Shown one piece after another: positions 27,917 through 37,116 of a DNA stretch of 64,000 bases. Every line of letters begins with the position of its first letter. Within the stretch, counting starts at the first letter, position 1. This stretch comes from an uncultured Pseudomonadota bacterium (GTDB lineage Bacteria; Vulcanimicrobiota; Vulcanimicrobiia; Eremiobacterales; Eremiobacteraceae). Under the pieces are notes generated by a model that searched no databases, was not told where the DNA came from, and saw only the letters and a list, made by a program, of their open reading frames with translations. The stretch lies in contig CAVTNB010000003.1 of assembly GCA_963736005.1 (NCBI GenBank), positions 384,001 to 448,000 of the forward strand. The letters are read 5' to 3'. The translations under genes and the position numbers were made by a program.

Positions 27917-28726
27917 TTAGGAGCCGGTGCCTTTGTAGTGATTGAGGCCTGCGCGCCAAAAAAGATATGCACCCCCAAACCAGAGAGCGCCGATCGCCGG
28001 CGTGAACCAGCCAAGAGCCGGATTGATCGAATAACCGACTTCTGATGTTTTGTGCAAGAGCGTCGTCGCCGGAAAATAGTTCATGAACGCGAAGGGGAAG
28101 ACATAGGCGAGCATGATGCGCACGGCGCGATTATAAATCGAGAGAGGATAACGGGTAAAATCGTTCTCGAGCGACATGACCACCCACCGGAGCGTATCGA
28201 GACGGATCACCCAAAAGGAGAGCGTCGCCACTGCAAGCTGGACCGCAAAATCGATAAGTGCGCCGCCCGCGAATGCCAGCAGCAGCAAAATGGTTGAGGC
28301 GATCGTCCATTGTAAATGCGCGACGCCTTGAGCGAATGCAAAAAAGACCAAAGCGATCACAAGCTCGTCCGGCCAGATTTGGCCCGGCTGAGACAGCACT
28401 TGGAAGAGCGGATCCAGCGGGCGCACTAAGAAACGATCGAAGCCGCCTTCTTGCACGTGCGTCGGCACCTCGCCGATCGTGAAGAAAAACGTATTGTTCA
28501 GCGTGTGCGCAACCATGTACAACGCGTAGAGGAAGAACACTTCTTTCCAGTTCCAACCGTTCATGGATGGGAAACGCGACATCATGATCCAGATCGTTCC
28601 GACCGCGATCCCATGATACACGATCGTAAAAAAAAGCCAGATAAAGAAGTTCGCTTTGTACTCAAGAAGCGTGAGGGTGTTGAGCCGCCAGAATTGACGA
28701 TACGTTGCGAGGTAGCGGCTAGCCAC
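27917..28726 (-). CDS. ABC-2 family (DUF990-type) permease
   Basis: G-FDRFLVRPLDP, YPLSIY, YKGTGS C-terminus. Confidence 0.88.
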   Translation of the reverse strand: MASRYLATYRQFWRLNTLTLLEYKANFFIWLFFTIVYHGIAVGTIWIMMSRFPSMNGWNWKEVFFLYALYMVAHTLNNTFFFTIGEVPTHVQEGGFDRFLVRPLDPLFQVLSQPGQIWPDELVIALVFFAFAQGVAHLQWTIASTILLLLAFAGGALIDFAVQLAVATLSFWVIRLDTLRWVVMSLENDFTRYPLSIYNRAVRIMLAYVFPFAFMNYFPATTLLHKTSEVGYSINPALGWFTPAIGALWFGGAYLFWRAGLNHYKGTGS

Positions 28727-29516
28727 CTTGAATCACCACACGGCGCTCGCCCACTCGCCACAACCCGAAGGCGATGACGCCGAAGACGATCGCCCAAACA
28801 ACTTGGAATCCCAACATACCGAGGATCTGCGTTCCAGCCACTTTGCCGATGTAGATGGACAGCGGCGCATTGTAGATTGCGGCGAACGGTGACGCGAACG
28901 CAAGTTGCTGCAAAATGCCTGGCGGGAAAAAGTAGAGTGGAACGAGCGACCCCGACAACAGCGACGAGACAAACTGTACCATGAGTTGCACACCGAAAAT
29001 TTCCATGGTCCAAAACGTGATGGTCGCCATCATGAGATCAAGGAAAAAATTGACAACGAATCCCAGCACCACGGCAATGAGGAACGCGACGGCCGCCCCA
29101 AATGATGGCGGAGGAGAAAGATGCACGAGCAAGAGTGACAGCAAGAGCGCCGGAATAATCTGCAGTGAAGCGAACAAGGTCTGGCCGACGGTATCCGCCA
29201 GCACGTAAAACGGCACGGAGATTGGCCGCATCAGGTCGATCGCGATCGACCCTTCGCGAATTTTCTCGCGAATGATATAGGCCCCGTTGACGCCGTAGAT
29301 GAGATCGAGCAAGAGCGCCAGCGTGGCATACGTGATCATGGCGGGCAACGAGATGCCTGCCTGCGCGCCGTTGTTACGGTATAAAGCCGTCCACAGCGTG
29401 GAGAGCAAGAACACGCGCAGCAAAACCGAGCCTATGTGCGTAAAAACCTGGGGACGGTACGTGCCCTCGCGAGAAAATGCGCGTTTCGCAAATTCGAGGT
29501 AAGGGGCAATCGCCAA
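28719..29516 (-). CDS. ABC-2 family (DUF990-type) permease
   Basis: IREGSIAIDLMRP, LSGSLVPL-FFP, VIQGG C-terminus. Confidence 0.88.
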   Translation of the reverse strand: MAIAPYLEFAKRAFSREGTYRPQVFTHIGSVLLRVFLLSTLWTALYRNNGAQAGISLPAMITYATLALLLDLIYGVNGAYIIREKIREGSIAIDLMRPISVPFYVLADTVGQTLFASLQIIPALLLSLLLVHLSPPPSFGAAVAFLIAVVLGFVVNFFLDLMMATITFWTMEIFGVQLMVQFVSSLLSGSLVPLYFFPPGILQQLAFASPFAAIYNAPLSIYIGKVAGTQILGMLGFQVVWAIVFGVIAFGLWRVGERRVVIQGG

Positions 29517-30605
29517 CTAGGCGTGGCCTCGGAACTTTATCTTGATGACGGGACTCACGTAGCGCATGACGACTTTGCTCGGCGCGGTGCCGGTCGTTGA
29601 CGCGCCGCCGATAACCCACACCACATTCCCGAGCGTCACCTGTGCCATGCCGTGTCGCGGGCTTGGCAGCCACGGTCCATCGAGCCAACCGCCTATTTGC
29701 GGCTCGGAGATCTCCATTGTTTGCGTGGCTTGATCCTGACGCAGGTCATCGCCACCGACAGCAACGAGTCGACTATTGACCACCGACAACCCAAAATCCG
29801 ATCTTGGTTGGTGCAGATAGGAGCACGCCATCCAGCGATCAACAGCGGGATCGAATGCATCGCAGTTGCTCAAGTTGCGCTCTTGCTCGTCCCGACCGCC
29901 GACAACAACGATCAGCCCATCGAGCACGGTGGACGCTAGGCCTTCCCGCTCGTCGGCGAGGGCAAAAGGCACGACGGTCCACTTTTCCGTCGTCGTATCG
30001 AAGATCTCCATGCTCGTTGCGTCATTGCCGTGCGATACCGCACCGCCAATGAGATAGAGCTTGTCGTCAGCGGCCTGCATCGTTGCGCCATATCGAGGAA
30101 TGGGCATGGATGGCAGCTCAACCCAAACATCGTTGCCGACATCGTAACGCCAGAATTTGTTCGTAACCAGATTTTCAATTCGCCCACCCGCAACATAGAC
30201 GTAGCCTTCGGACGCCGCTGCGGCGGCGTGATCGACGGGTTCGGGAATGGGCGCTCCATACGTCCACGCGCCGAGCCGAACGCCGGCTCGCATGACATCG
30301 GTGCCCGGCTCCTCTTGCGCGATTTCTGGCTCCCAAACAAGCGTCGTGTCCATTTGATCGTCGTGAGGTCCATAGCCGCCGATCAGGTAAATGCGTCCGG
30401 CGAGGACGGCTGCTGCTGCGTCTTGGCGTGGTGAGGGCAAGTCCGGTCCGTGCGCCCAGGTTCCCCGATTGAGATCCGCACGAAGCTCAAAGGCTTCGGA
30501 GGGGGGCGACGCCGCCGATGCTTGCGCATTGATTGCGCTGCTCGTCAAGCACACGAGAGCAAAGCCCACGAGGGTGGCGAGTGCAGTTCTGCGGTACGCG
30601 GCCAT
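29517..30605 (-). CDS. Secreted Kelch-repeat beta-propeller protein
   Basis: Signal peptide; six Kelch repeats (PR, IYLIGG, W). Confidence 0.88.
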   Translation of the reverse strand: MAAYRRTALATLVGFALVCLTSSAINAQASAASPPSEAFELRADLNRGTWAHGPDLPSPRQDAAAAVLAGRIYLIGGYGPHDDQMDTTLVWEPEIAQEEPGTDVMRAGVRLGAWTYGAPIPEPVDHAAAAASEGYVYVAGGRIENLVTNKFWRYDVGNDVWVELPSMPIPRYGATMQAADDKLYLIGGAVSHGNDATSMEIFDTTTEKWTVVPFALADEREGLASTVLDGLIVVVGGRDEQERNLSNCDAFDPAVDRWMACSYLHQPRSDFGLSVVNSRLVAVGGDDLRQDQATQTMEISEPQIGGWLDGPWLPSPRHGMAQVTLGNVVWVIGGASTTGTAPSKVVMRYVSPVIKIKFRGHA

Positions 30606-31621
30606 CACGTCAGCGCTCCGGCAATGCTCGGTTCGATGTCCAATCCCTTGAGGTAGATTTCGCGAATAATCGATTCCAATGCCGGTTCGGAAATCGTCAC
30701 ATCCTTGAGCTCGTACTGCTTGGCCAGCGCGACGATAATCGCGTCAGCGCCCACGCGCTCGCGGTCGAATTCAAAGGAAATGCGATTGCCTTCTTGGGCA
30801 ACGAGCCGGACCCCCGGGATCTCGATATCGCATTCTTTGCAATAGCCCTCAATGAAGGCAACTAGGATGCGGTTGCGCCCATAGCGCCGCTTGATCGCCT
30901 CAATGCTGCCGTCGTACAGTTTCTGCCCGTGATCGATGATAATAATCCGGTTGCAAAGTTTCTCGACGTCGTTGAGATCGTGCGTCGTGAGGATGAAGGT
31001 GGTACCGCGCTCGCGGTTCGTTCGCCCTATAAACTCGCGAATGGCTTCCTTGGCGACGACGTCAAGACCGATGGTTGGTTCGTCGAGAAAAACGACGGGC
31101 GGGTTATGCAGCATGGCAGCAGCAAAATCGCCCCGCATTCGCTGCCCGAGGCTAAGCTGGCGTACCGGCGTGCGAATAAACTCTTCGAGCCCGAGCAGGT
31201 TACTGAACTCGCGCATGTTGCGCTCGTACACATCCGCCGGGATCCCGTAAATCGCCCGTAGCAGCTCGAACGACTCGCGCAGCGGCAGGTCCCAATACAA
31301 CTGCGTTCGCTGCCCAAAGACGACGCCGATCTGACGTCCGTTAGCAGTCCGATGCAGCCACGGCACGATGCCGTTGACAACGCAATCGCCGCTTGTCGGC
31401 ACGAGGATGCCGGTGAGCATCTTGATCGTGGTTGATTTGCCCGCGCCGTTGGGTCCGATGTAGCCGACGAGCTCGCCGGCCTCGAGTTCGAAGGACACAT
31501 CGCGCACCGCAACCTTGTCATCATATTCGCGCGAGAAGAGCGAGGTGAGCGTGCCGACAACACCGTCTTTGCGGCGCCGGGTCCGAAATGTTTTTGTCAG
31601 GTGGTTGGCGCGAATTATCAT
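30605..31621 (-). CDS. ABC transporter ATP-binding protein
   Basis: GPNGAGKST, LSLGQRMR, FLDEPTIGLD, TTHD. Confidence 0.93.
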   Translation of the reverse strand: MIIRANHLTKTFRTRRRKDGVVGTLTSLFSREYDDKVAVRDVSFELEAGELVGYIGPNGAGKSTTIKMLTGILVPTSGDCVVNGIVPWLHRTANGRQIGVVFGQRTQLYWDLPLRESFELLRAIYGIPADVYERNMREFSNLLGLEEFIRTPVRQLSLGQRMRGDFAAAMLHNPPVVFLDEPTIGLDVVAKEAIREFIGRTNRERGTTFILTTHDLNDVEKLCNRIIIIDHGQKLYDGSIEAIKRRYGRNRILVAFIEGYCKECDIEIPGVRLVAQEGNRISFEFDRERVGADAIIVALAKQYELKDVTISEPALESIIREIYLKGLDIEPSIAGALT

Positions 31622-31667
31622 GCGTTGCCTAGGGGTGGGATGCGGCCCTGAACGCGAATCCTTGCGC

Positions 31668-32084
31668 GTGACCGCAACGCCTTCCTTGGACGGCCAATCG
31701 GACGGCGAGATTACGTACCTCTTCGTGTACGGCGGGCTTATGCGTGGCTTCGATTTGCATCATTACTTGGCGAGCAGCACATTTATCGACACCGGGTGGA
31801 CGGCAGGCTCGCTCGTCGAGTTAGGGCGCTATCCGGGTTTGATCGATGGCCCCGGGAAGGTCAAAGGCGAGCTCTATGCGCTCCACGATACGCCGGCACA
31901 ACTCGAGGCGCTGGACGAGCTCGAGGACTTCGACCCAGCGAATCCACAAGCGAGCACGTATCTGCGGACGATCTGCGAGGTGCATCTGGCAAACGGTTCG
32001 CTCGCGCGCGCGTGGATCTACAAGTACAATCGTGACCTTGGCCGCGTCATGGTGATCGAAAGCGGCGACTGGCACCACAAGTGA
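31668..32084 (+). CDS. Gamma-glutamylcyclotransferase (AIG2-like) family protein
   Basis: LFVYGGLM, YPGL, V-GELY, LDELE, AWIY; start uncertain. Confidence 0.85.
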   Translation: MTATPSLDGQSDGEITYLFVYGGLMRGFDLHHYLASSTFIDTGWTAGSLVELGRYPGLIDGPGKVKGELYALHDTPAQLEALDELEDFDPANPQASTYLRTICEVHLANGSLARAWIYKYNRDLGRVMVIESGDWHHK

Positions 32085-32088
32085 GCCT

Positions 32089-33375
32089 TCATGTTTCTCC
32101 GGGTTCCGCTGGGCCCGTGATCAAGCGCGCGCTTCGACTGTAGGTTAAGTATAAGAATCCCCATTCGATAAAAACCAGCAGCCGGCTCTGAAATTCAACC
32201 AGATACATCAAGTGAATGAAGAGCCAGAGGAACCAGGCGGGCCATCCCCAGACATGCATGCCGAACACATTTGCCACGGCGGCGGAGCGGCCGATGACCG
32301 CCATGTCGCCCCGATTGAAATAGCGAAATGGTGGAACGATCTGCTTTCCCCGCAGGAGGGTGCGGATGACCCGGGCGACATAGGCGCCTTCTTGAATCGC
32401 GACCGGGGCGAGACCGGGCAGCGGTTTGCCCTCTGCTCCGGGTGCCGAAGCGAGATCGCCTATGACGAAGATATCCGGAAAATCTGGCACGGTCATATCC
32501 GCGTTGACTTGGATTCGACCTGCTCGGTCGGTCGGCGCATGCGTGCGCTGCGCGACTTGCTCGCCGAATGCCGTGGGAGCGATGCCCCCTGCCCACAGAA
32601 CGGTCCTAGTTGGCAACCGCGTTGATCCCTGGTCGGTAGAAAATGTCACGGAGCCGGCATCGATGTTTTGAACGCGAGCGCCGGTGAGCACTTCTACACC
32701 CAGCCGCTCGACGAGAGCGCGCGCGTGGCTCGAAAGATCCTCGGGATAGACCGGCAAGACGCGAGGCGCGGCCTCGATGAGCACGATGCGAGCATTTTGC
32801 GGTTGAATGGATCGGAAATCATGGCGCAGTGTTTCCCGAGCGATTTCGGCTAGAGCTCCGGCCATTTCAAGCCCCGTTGCTCCAGCTCCGACGATGACGA
32901 ACGTGAGCCAAGCGCGGATGTCGTTTGCGTCGCTCGATCGCTCGGCAGCTTCGAACGCGTAAAAGATCTTGCGTCGAATGGCGGTGCCTTCTTCGACCGT
33001 CTTTGGGCACTGCGCCCACTCGCGCCACTCGTCGTGTCCGTAGTACGAAGTGTCCGCGCCGGTCGCCACCACGAGCGTGTCGAAGTCGATGCTTGCGCCA
33101 TCCTTGAGCGTCACGCGCCGTAGTTTTGGATCGAGAAACTCCGCTTCTCCCAGCAAGACGCGCACGTTCTGTTGCTTGCTGAGGATCGCGCGCAGTGGCG
33201 AAGCAACTTCGCCGGACGACAGTGATCCCGTCGCGACCTGATACATGAGTGGTTGGAAGAGATGAAAGTTTCGGCGATCTAAGAGCGTGATATCCAGCGG
33301 GGCCGATTTCAAATGTTGAGCCGCGCTGAGCCCCCCGAAGCCTCCGCCGATGATGAGGACTTTAGGAGGCGCCAT
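32089..33375 (-). CDS. ndh: Type II NADH dehydrogenase
   Basis: GGGFGG, FQPLMYQVAT, VGAG-TG-E-AG, IGD, LAPVAIQ. Confidence 0.9.
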   Translation of the reverse strand: MAPPKVLIIGGGFGGLSAAQHLKSAPLDITLLDRRNFHLFQPLMYQVATGSLSSGEVASPLRAILSKQQNVRVLLGEAEFLDPKLRRVTLKDGASIDFDTLVVATGADTSYYGHDEWREWAQCPKTVEEGTAIRRKIFYAFEAAERSSDANDIRAWLTFVIVGAGATGLEMAGALAEIARETLRHDFRSIQPQNARIVLIEAAPRVLPVYPEDLSSHARALVERLGVEVLTGARVQNIDAGSVTFSTDQGSTRLPTRTVLWAGGIAPTAFGEQVAQRTHAPTDRAGRIQVNADMTVPDFPDIFVIGDLASAPGAEGKPLPGLAPVAIQEGAYVARVIRTLLRGKQIVPPFRYFNRGDMAVIGRSAAVANVFGMHVWGWPAWFLWLFIHLMYLVEFQSRLLVFIEWGFLYLTYSRSARLITGPAEPGET

Positions 33376-34439
33376 CACTCGCCGTCATAGTAGTCCAGCG
33401 CCGGCGCGGCTCGGACCATGAGTCGATCTCGGGTCGTCACCAGCACTTTGTTGGAATCCGGATAGTAGGCGACCGAACCAAGGCCCTCCATGCCCAGCAT
33501 GAACACACGACACGGCTTGTCGCTTCGATTGATCAGTTGATGGGCGCCGACATCGCCCGGTGGAAACGCGATCACGTCGCCCTTGCGGCACGTTATCTCG
33601 CCGCGCAGTGTGCGAACGACCGCCTCTCCCTCCCAGACAATGAACAATTCTTCTTCGTGCTCCTCAACGTGCAGGGGACAGAAAATCTTGCCTGGCGGCA
33701 AGGTGGTAATTTGATAGCCAAGTTTGCGCGCCCCGATCAGCAACCCGAGCTCGTGAAAAATGCCTTCGTATTTGCCGCCCGCCTCTGAAAAGTGCTCGGC
33801 CGGGGCTTCGTCGATGTTGATCCGATTGACGTACACGTCTTTGCGCGACTGCAGGCACTTGCCGATGATGTCGTCTGCGCTGCCAAAAAGGCACGCCCCG
33901 TCTCCGACCAGCAGGGTGTTCAGGCGCAGCGCCCATATTTGGCGCAAAGATAAGACTGCTTTGACGGGATCGCTAAGTTTTTCATCCGGAGGCAGGCGCA
34001 GCGAACCTGCTGGGTCTCCCCACAAGGCATCTCCCACGATCGCAGCTTTTCGCTTCGGCAGCGAGAGCGCGATTTCGCCCGGGGTCTTTCCGCCCTCGAG
34101 CGCGATGATAGAAATGCCCTCGGCGAGCTCCTCATCCCTCTTGAGCATCCGGTCCACCGGACCGCTGAGCAGTTTTGCTTCATGCTCGCCGGCCAGGATT
34201 TTTGCACCGAAGGCGACTGCGAGCTCGCGCGCTTTGCGTTCGTGATCGCGATTGGTGATGACGATTGTTTGCACCCCACCACGCTCGCGCATGAAGGCGA
34301 CGTCTTCCTCGTTGGTAGCGAGCGGATCGACGACGATATTGCCATCTGAGTGGCGCAGAAAAAATGAATTGAAGAACATGTTGCGATCGGCTTGCCAAAC
34401 CGACCACATGGCTGCGCCATCGAGAGCAAGAGCCTGCAT
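33375..34439 (-). CDS. MBL-like domain fused to cupin domain
   Basis: N-terminal VVDP, TNRDH, KTPGE, GD; C-terminal PLH-H-EEE, FPPG-AHQLIN, YYPDSNK, LDYYDGE. Confidence 0.8.
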   Translation of the reverse strand: MQALALDGAAMWSVWQADRNMFFNSFFLRHSDGNIVVDPLATNEEDVAFMRERGGVQTIVITNRDHERKARELAVAFGAKILAGEHEAKLLSGPVDRMLKRDEELAEGISIIALEGGKTPGEIALSLPKRKAAIVGDALWGDPAGSLRLPPDEKLSDPVKAVLSLRQIWALRLNTLLVGDGACLFGSADDIIGKCLQSRKDVYVNRINIDEAPAEHFSEAGGKYEGIFHELGLLIGARKLGYQITTLPPGKIFCPLHVEEHEEELFIVWEGEAVVRTLRGEITCRKGDVIAFPPGDVGAHQLINRSDKPCRVFMLGMEGLGSVAYYPDSNKVLVTTRDRLMVRAAPALDYYDGE

Positions 34440-34457
34440 GGGTACGATCCTCCAGCG

Positions 34458-34482
34458 CGCGCGAACGAATTCGCGCGACTAC
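34458..34482 (-). repeat. REP family B
   Basis: cgcgcgaacgaattcgcgcgactac. Confidence 0.8.
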
Positions 34483-34483
34483 A

Positions 34484-34864
34484 TCATAATGGGGACGTGC
34501 GCTTTTGGATTGCGCGCCGAATTGCCTCCAGCAGCTTCTCGGGTTCGAAGGGTTTGAGGACGCTGCCGTCGCCGATACGATCCATTTCGGCTTGCATCGC
34601 TTCGTCAATGCTTCGTGCGGTGACAAACACAAACGGCATCTCGCTTGTTTCCTTCCTCGCGCGAAGCGCGCCGCACAAGGCCAAGCCATCCATCCCGGGC
34701 ATCAAGACATCTGATACCACAACGTCGACTCGCTCCGTCTGCAACCGGTCGAAGGCCTCATCGCCATCTCTGCACTCGATCACCGAGTGCCCGGCGAACT
34801 TAAGGTATTCGCACAGGACCGAGCGTAAGAGTGGCTCGTCGTCCACTAAGAGTACGCTTGCCAT
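34484..34864 (-). CDS. Single-domain response regulator (CheY-like)
   Basis: LLVDDE, SDVLMPGMDG, VTA, KPF. Confidence 0.92.
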   Translation of the reverse strand: MASVLLVDDEPLLRSVLCEYLKFAGHSVIECRDGDEAFDRLQTERVDVVVSDVLMPGMDGLALCGALRARKETSEMPFVFVTARSIDEAMQAEMDRIGDGSVLKPFEPEKLLEAIRRAIQKRTSPL

Positions 34865-34865
34865 T

Positions 34866-36920
34866 TTAGGCCGGCTCCGACACGGGGGCGTCAACTTTTT
34901 GTGCCCTGCCGACTTCGCCGGCGCGTAAGTACTCGATGGTGACGGTCGTGCCGCGTCCGACGTCGCTCGCAACCGAAATCGTACCGTGCATTGATTCCAC
35001 GAGTCGCGCGACGATGGCAAGTCCAAGACCGGCGCCCGACGCCTGAGCGGCCGCCTGGGGGGATCGATAGAAGCGTTCGAAAATATGGGGCAGATCGTCT
35101 TTGGATATTCCAATGCCCGTATCAGCCACGATGAAGCGCACGCGATCGAGGTCGACCTCGACCGTGACGTCAACGCACCCGCTCGCGGGCGTGAATTTCA
35201 ATGCATTGCCCACAAGGTTGTGAACCACGCTGCGCATCGCCTCCGCATCACCGCGAACGATGGCGGGCTTATCGCCGACGTGCAGCTCAATGCGAGGGCC
35301 GGCGGTGGCAAAGCGGCCAACTTCTTCAATACCGGACTGCACCACCGTCCGCAGATCCACATCCGTGGTCCTCATCGTGGCATTTGGAGCGTCCAAGCGG
35401 GCAATCTTTAGGAGATCGTCGACGAGATACGCCAACCTGCGCGTCTCCTGATCCAAGACACTGAGCAGGCGCCCGTCCTCAGGCGCCAACGCGTCGCGTG
35501 GGCCCAACTTCTCCAGCAAGAGTGCTGCGAGCATGCGCAATGTCGTCACCGGCGTTCGCAGCTCGTGACTCGCGGTTGCAATGAAATCGGCGCGCGCGCG
35601 CATTTCGCGCTCGATCAGCTCGTTGGCCTCGAGCAAGTCGTCGATGAGTCGCCGGCGCGCTGTCACGTCGCGCGAGACGGCGATCAGGGTGCCGGAGCTA
35701 TCCAAGCCGTGGCGCGTGAACGTGACGCCGGCGATATAGCGAGTGCCGTCCGCCCGTGTCCGCTCCATCTCTCTATAGACGAATCCTGATTCGCTGACTT
35801 CCTCCCGAATTTCCGAGAGCTGCCTGTCAGACAACCCCAATGCATCGATGGAGGACACTGAAGAGCCGATGAGCTCGCGCGCCGTGCATTGCAGTTCGCT
35901 GCACAGCGCCGCATTGACGTATGCAATCACGCCATCGGCGCTGATGCGCATCACGCCCTCGCGAACCGACTCCACAACGACCGCAAGACGCCGCGATTCA
36001 TTGAGGCTTTCTTCCAGTTCGCGGGTGCGCGCTGCAACGCGCGATTCGAGTTCTTCGTTGAGGGCTTGCACGCGACGGTTGATGTGCCCAACCACTTCGA
36101 TCGGCAGCACGATTGCCAGAACCAGCGCGAGCCATCCGAGCACGAACCACCACGGCCGAACTTCTGCGTGCGCAGGAGCGATGAGGGTCAACTGCAGCAC
36201 GCGGTCGGCAAAGGGGATCGGGAAGGTCTGCCGGTCGGGTTGATTTGCGTCGGCACCGCCAGATGCCACCGCGAGTAACCGGCCGCGGCCATCATCGAGA
36301 GTGAATGGTCCAGGCGCCGCCTTCGTGAGGTCACCTGTCACGAGAAGCCGCACATCCAAAAACTCGACAATCGTGCCGACGTCGCGGTCGCGTCGAACCA
36401 CTCGCGTCGCCAAGAAAAACTGGCCGTCTGACGCAGGCGTTAGAGGCGGCGCAGCGGCTTTTGGAGTGACATCGGAAACAGACGTTGCGCGGCTCAATTC
36501 AGCATCGAAGAGCGCAATTTCGATTGCCTGGATCTCGGGGCGGGAAACGCTGCGCTGGAGAGCGCCCCTTGGAACACCCAGTTGACCTTGGCGCCCTGCC
36601 TGGATGTGCGCCGTGTGTTCGTCGCTGGCATTGAAAAAATCCACCGCCATGATCGCATGATCTAAACTCATCGCGCGGCGAGAGTTGCGCTCGAAGTGCG
36701 GCGCGAGATATCCTTCCACCCCAGTCACGGCGGCAAGACTTTCCACTGCTGCCACCCGCTGGCCCAACCGTTGGGTCTCGCGTTCGACGACGTGCGCGCC
36801 ACGCGCGCGCAAATCAGCGGTCACGGTTGTTTCTTGATAGGCACTGACCGTGCGGAACAACGCGTACGCGACCAATGCGAGGACAATCGCAACGAGAAGC
36901 TGAGAGAATCGAACGCTCAT
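34866..36920 (-). CDS. Membrane sensor histidine kinase with PAS domain
   Basis: Two TM segments, PAS, SHELRTP, NALKFT, DTGIGI, GAGLGL. Confidence 0.92.
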   Translation of the reverse strand: MSVRFSQLLVAIVLALVAYALFRTVSAYQETTVTADLRARGAHVVERETQRLGQRVAAVESLAAVTGVEGYLAPHFERNSRRAMSLDHAIMAVDFFNASDEHTAHIQAGRQGQLGVPRGALQRSVSRPEIQAIEIALFDAELSRATSVSDVTPKAAAPPLTPASDGQFFLATRVVRRDRDVGTIVEFLDVRLLVTGDLTKAAPGPFTLDDGRGRLLAVASGGADANQPDRQTFPIPFADRVLQLTLIAPAHAEVRPWWFVLGWLALVLAIVLPIEVVGHINRRVQALNEELESRVAARTRELEESLNESRRLAVVVESVREGVMRISADGVIAYVNAALCSELQCTARELIGSSVSSIDALGLSDRQLSEIREEVSESGFVYREMERTRADGTRYIAGVTFTRHGLDSSGTLIAVSRDVTARRRLIDDLLEANELIEREMRARADFIATASHELRTPVTTLRMLAALLLEKLGPRDALAPEDGRLLSVLDQETRRLAYLVDDLLKIARLDAPNATMRTTDVDLRTVVQSGIEEVGRFATAGPRIELHVGDKPAIVRGDAEAMRSVVHNLVGNALKFTPASGCVDVTVEVDLDRVRFIVADTGIGISKDDLPHIFERFYRSPQAAAQASGAGLGLAIVARLVESMHGTISVASDVGRGTTVTIEYLRAGEVGRAQKVDAPVSEPA

Positions 36921-36957
36921 CGTATTGCCATCGAACGCCTGAGCTTTTACAACCTAT

Positions 36958-36983
36958 GCAGCAGCGGACCTCCTGAGTCCGCT
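36958..36983 (+). repeat. Degenerate REP family A
   Basis: gcagcagcggacctcctgagtccgct. Confidence 0.55.
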
Positions 36984-37116
36984 CGCGGGGCGCACCAAGA
37001 GGTGCGCCGCTGCAAGAACATATTTCGGGGCGGGGTCAAAAGTCCCGCGTTAGAAAAATCATTCAGGCAGCGTGATTAGGCGGGAGCCGGAAGATGCTTG
37101 GCGAACTTTGAAAAGT

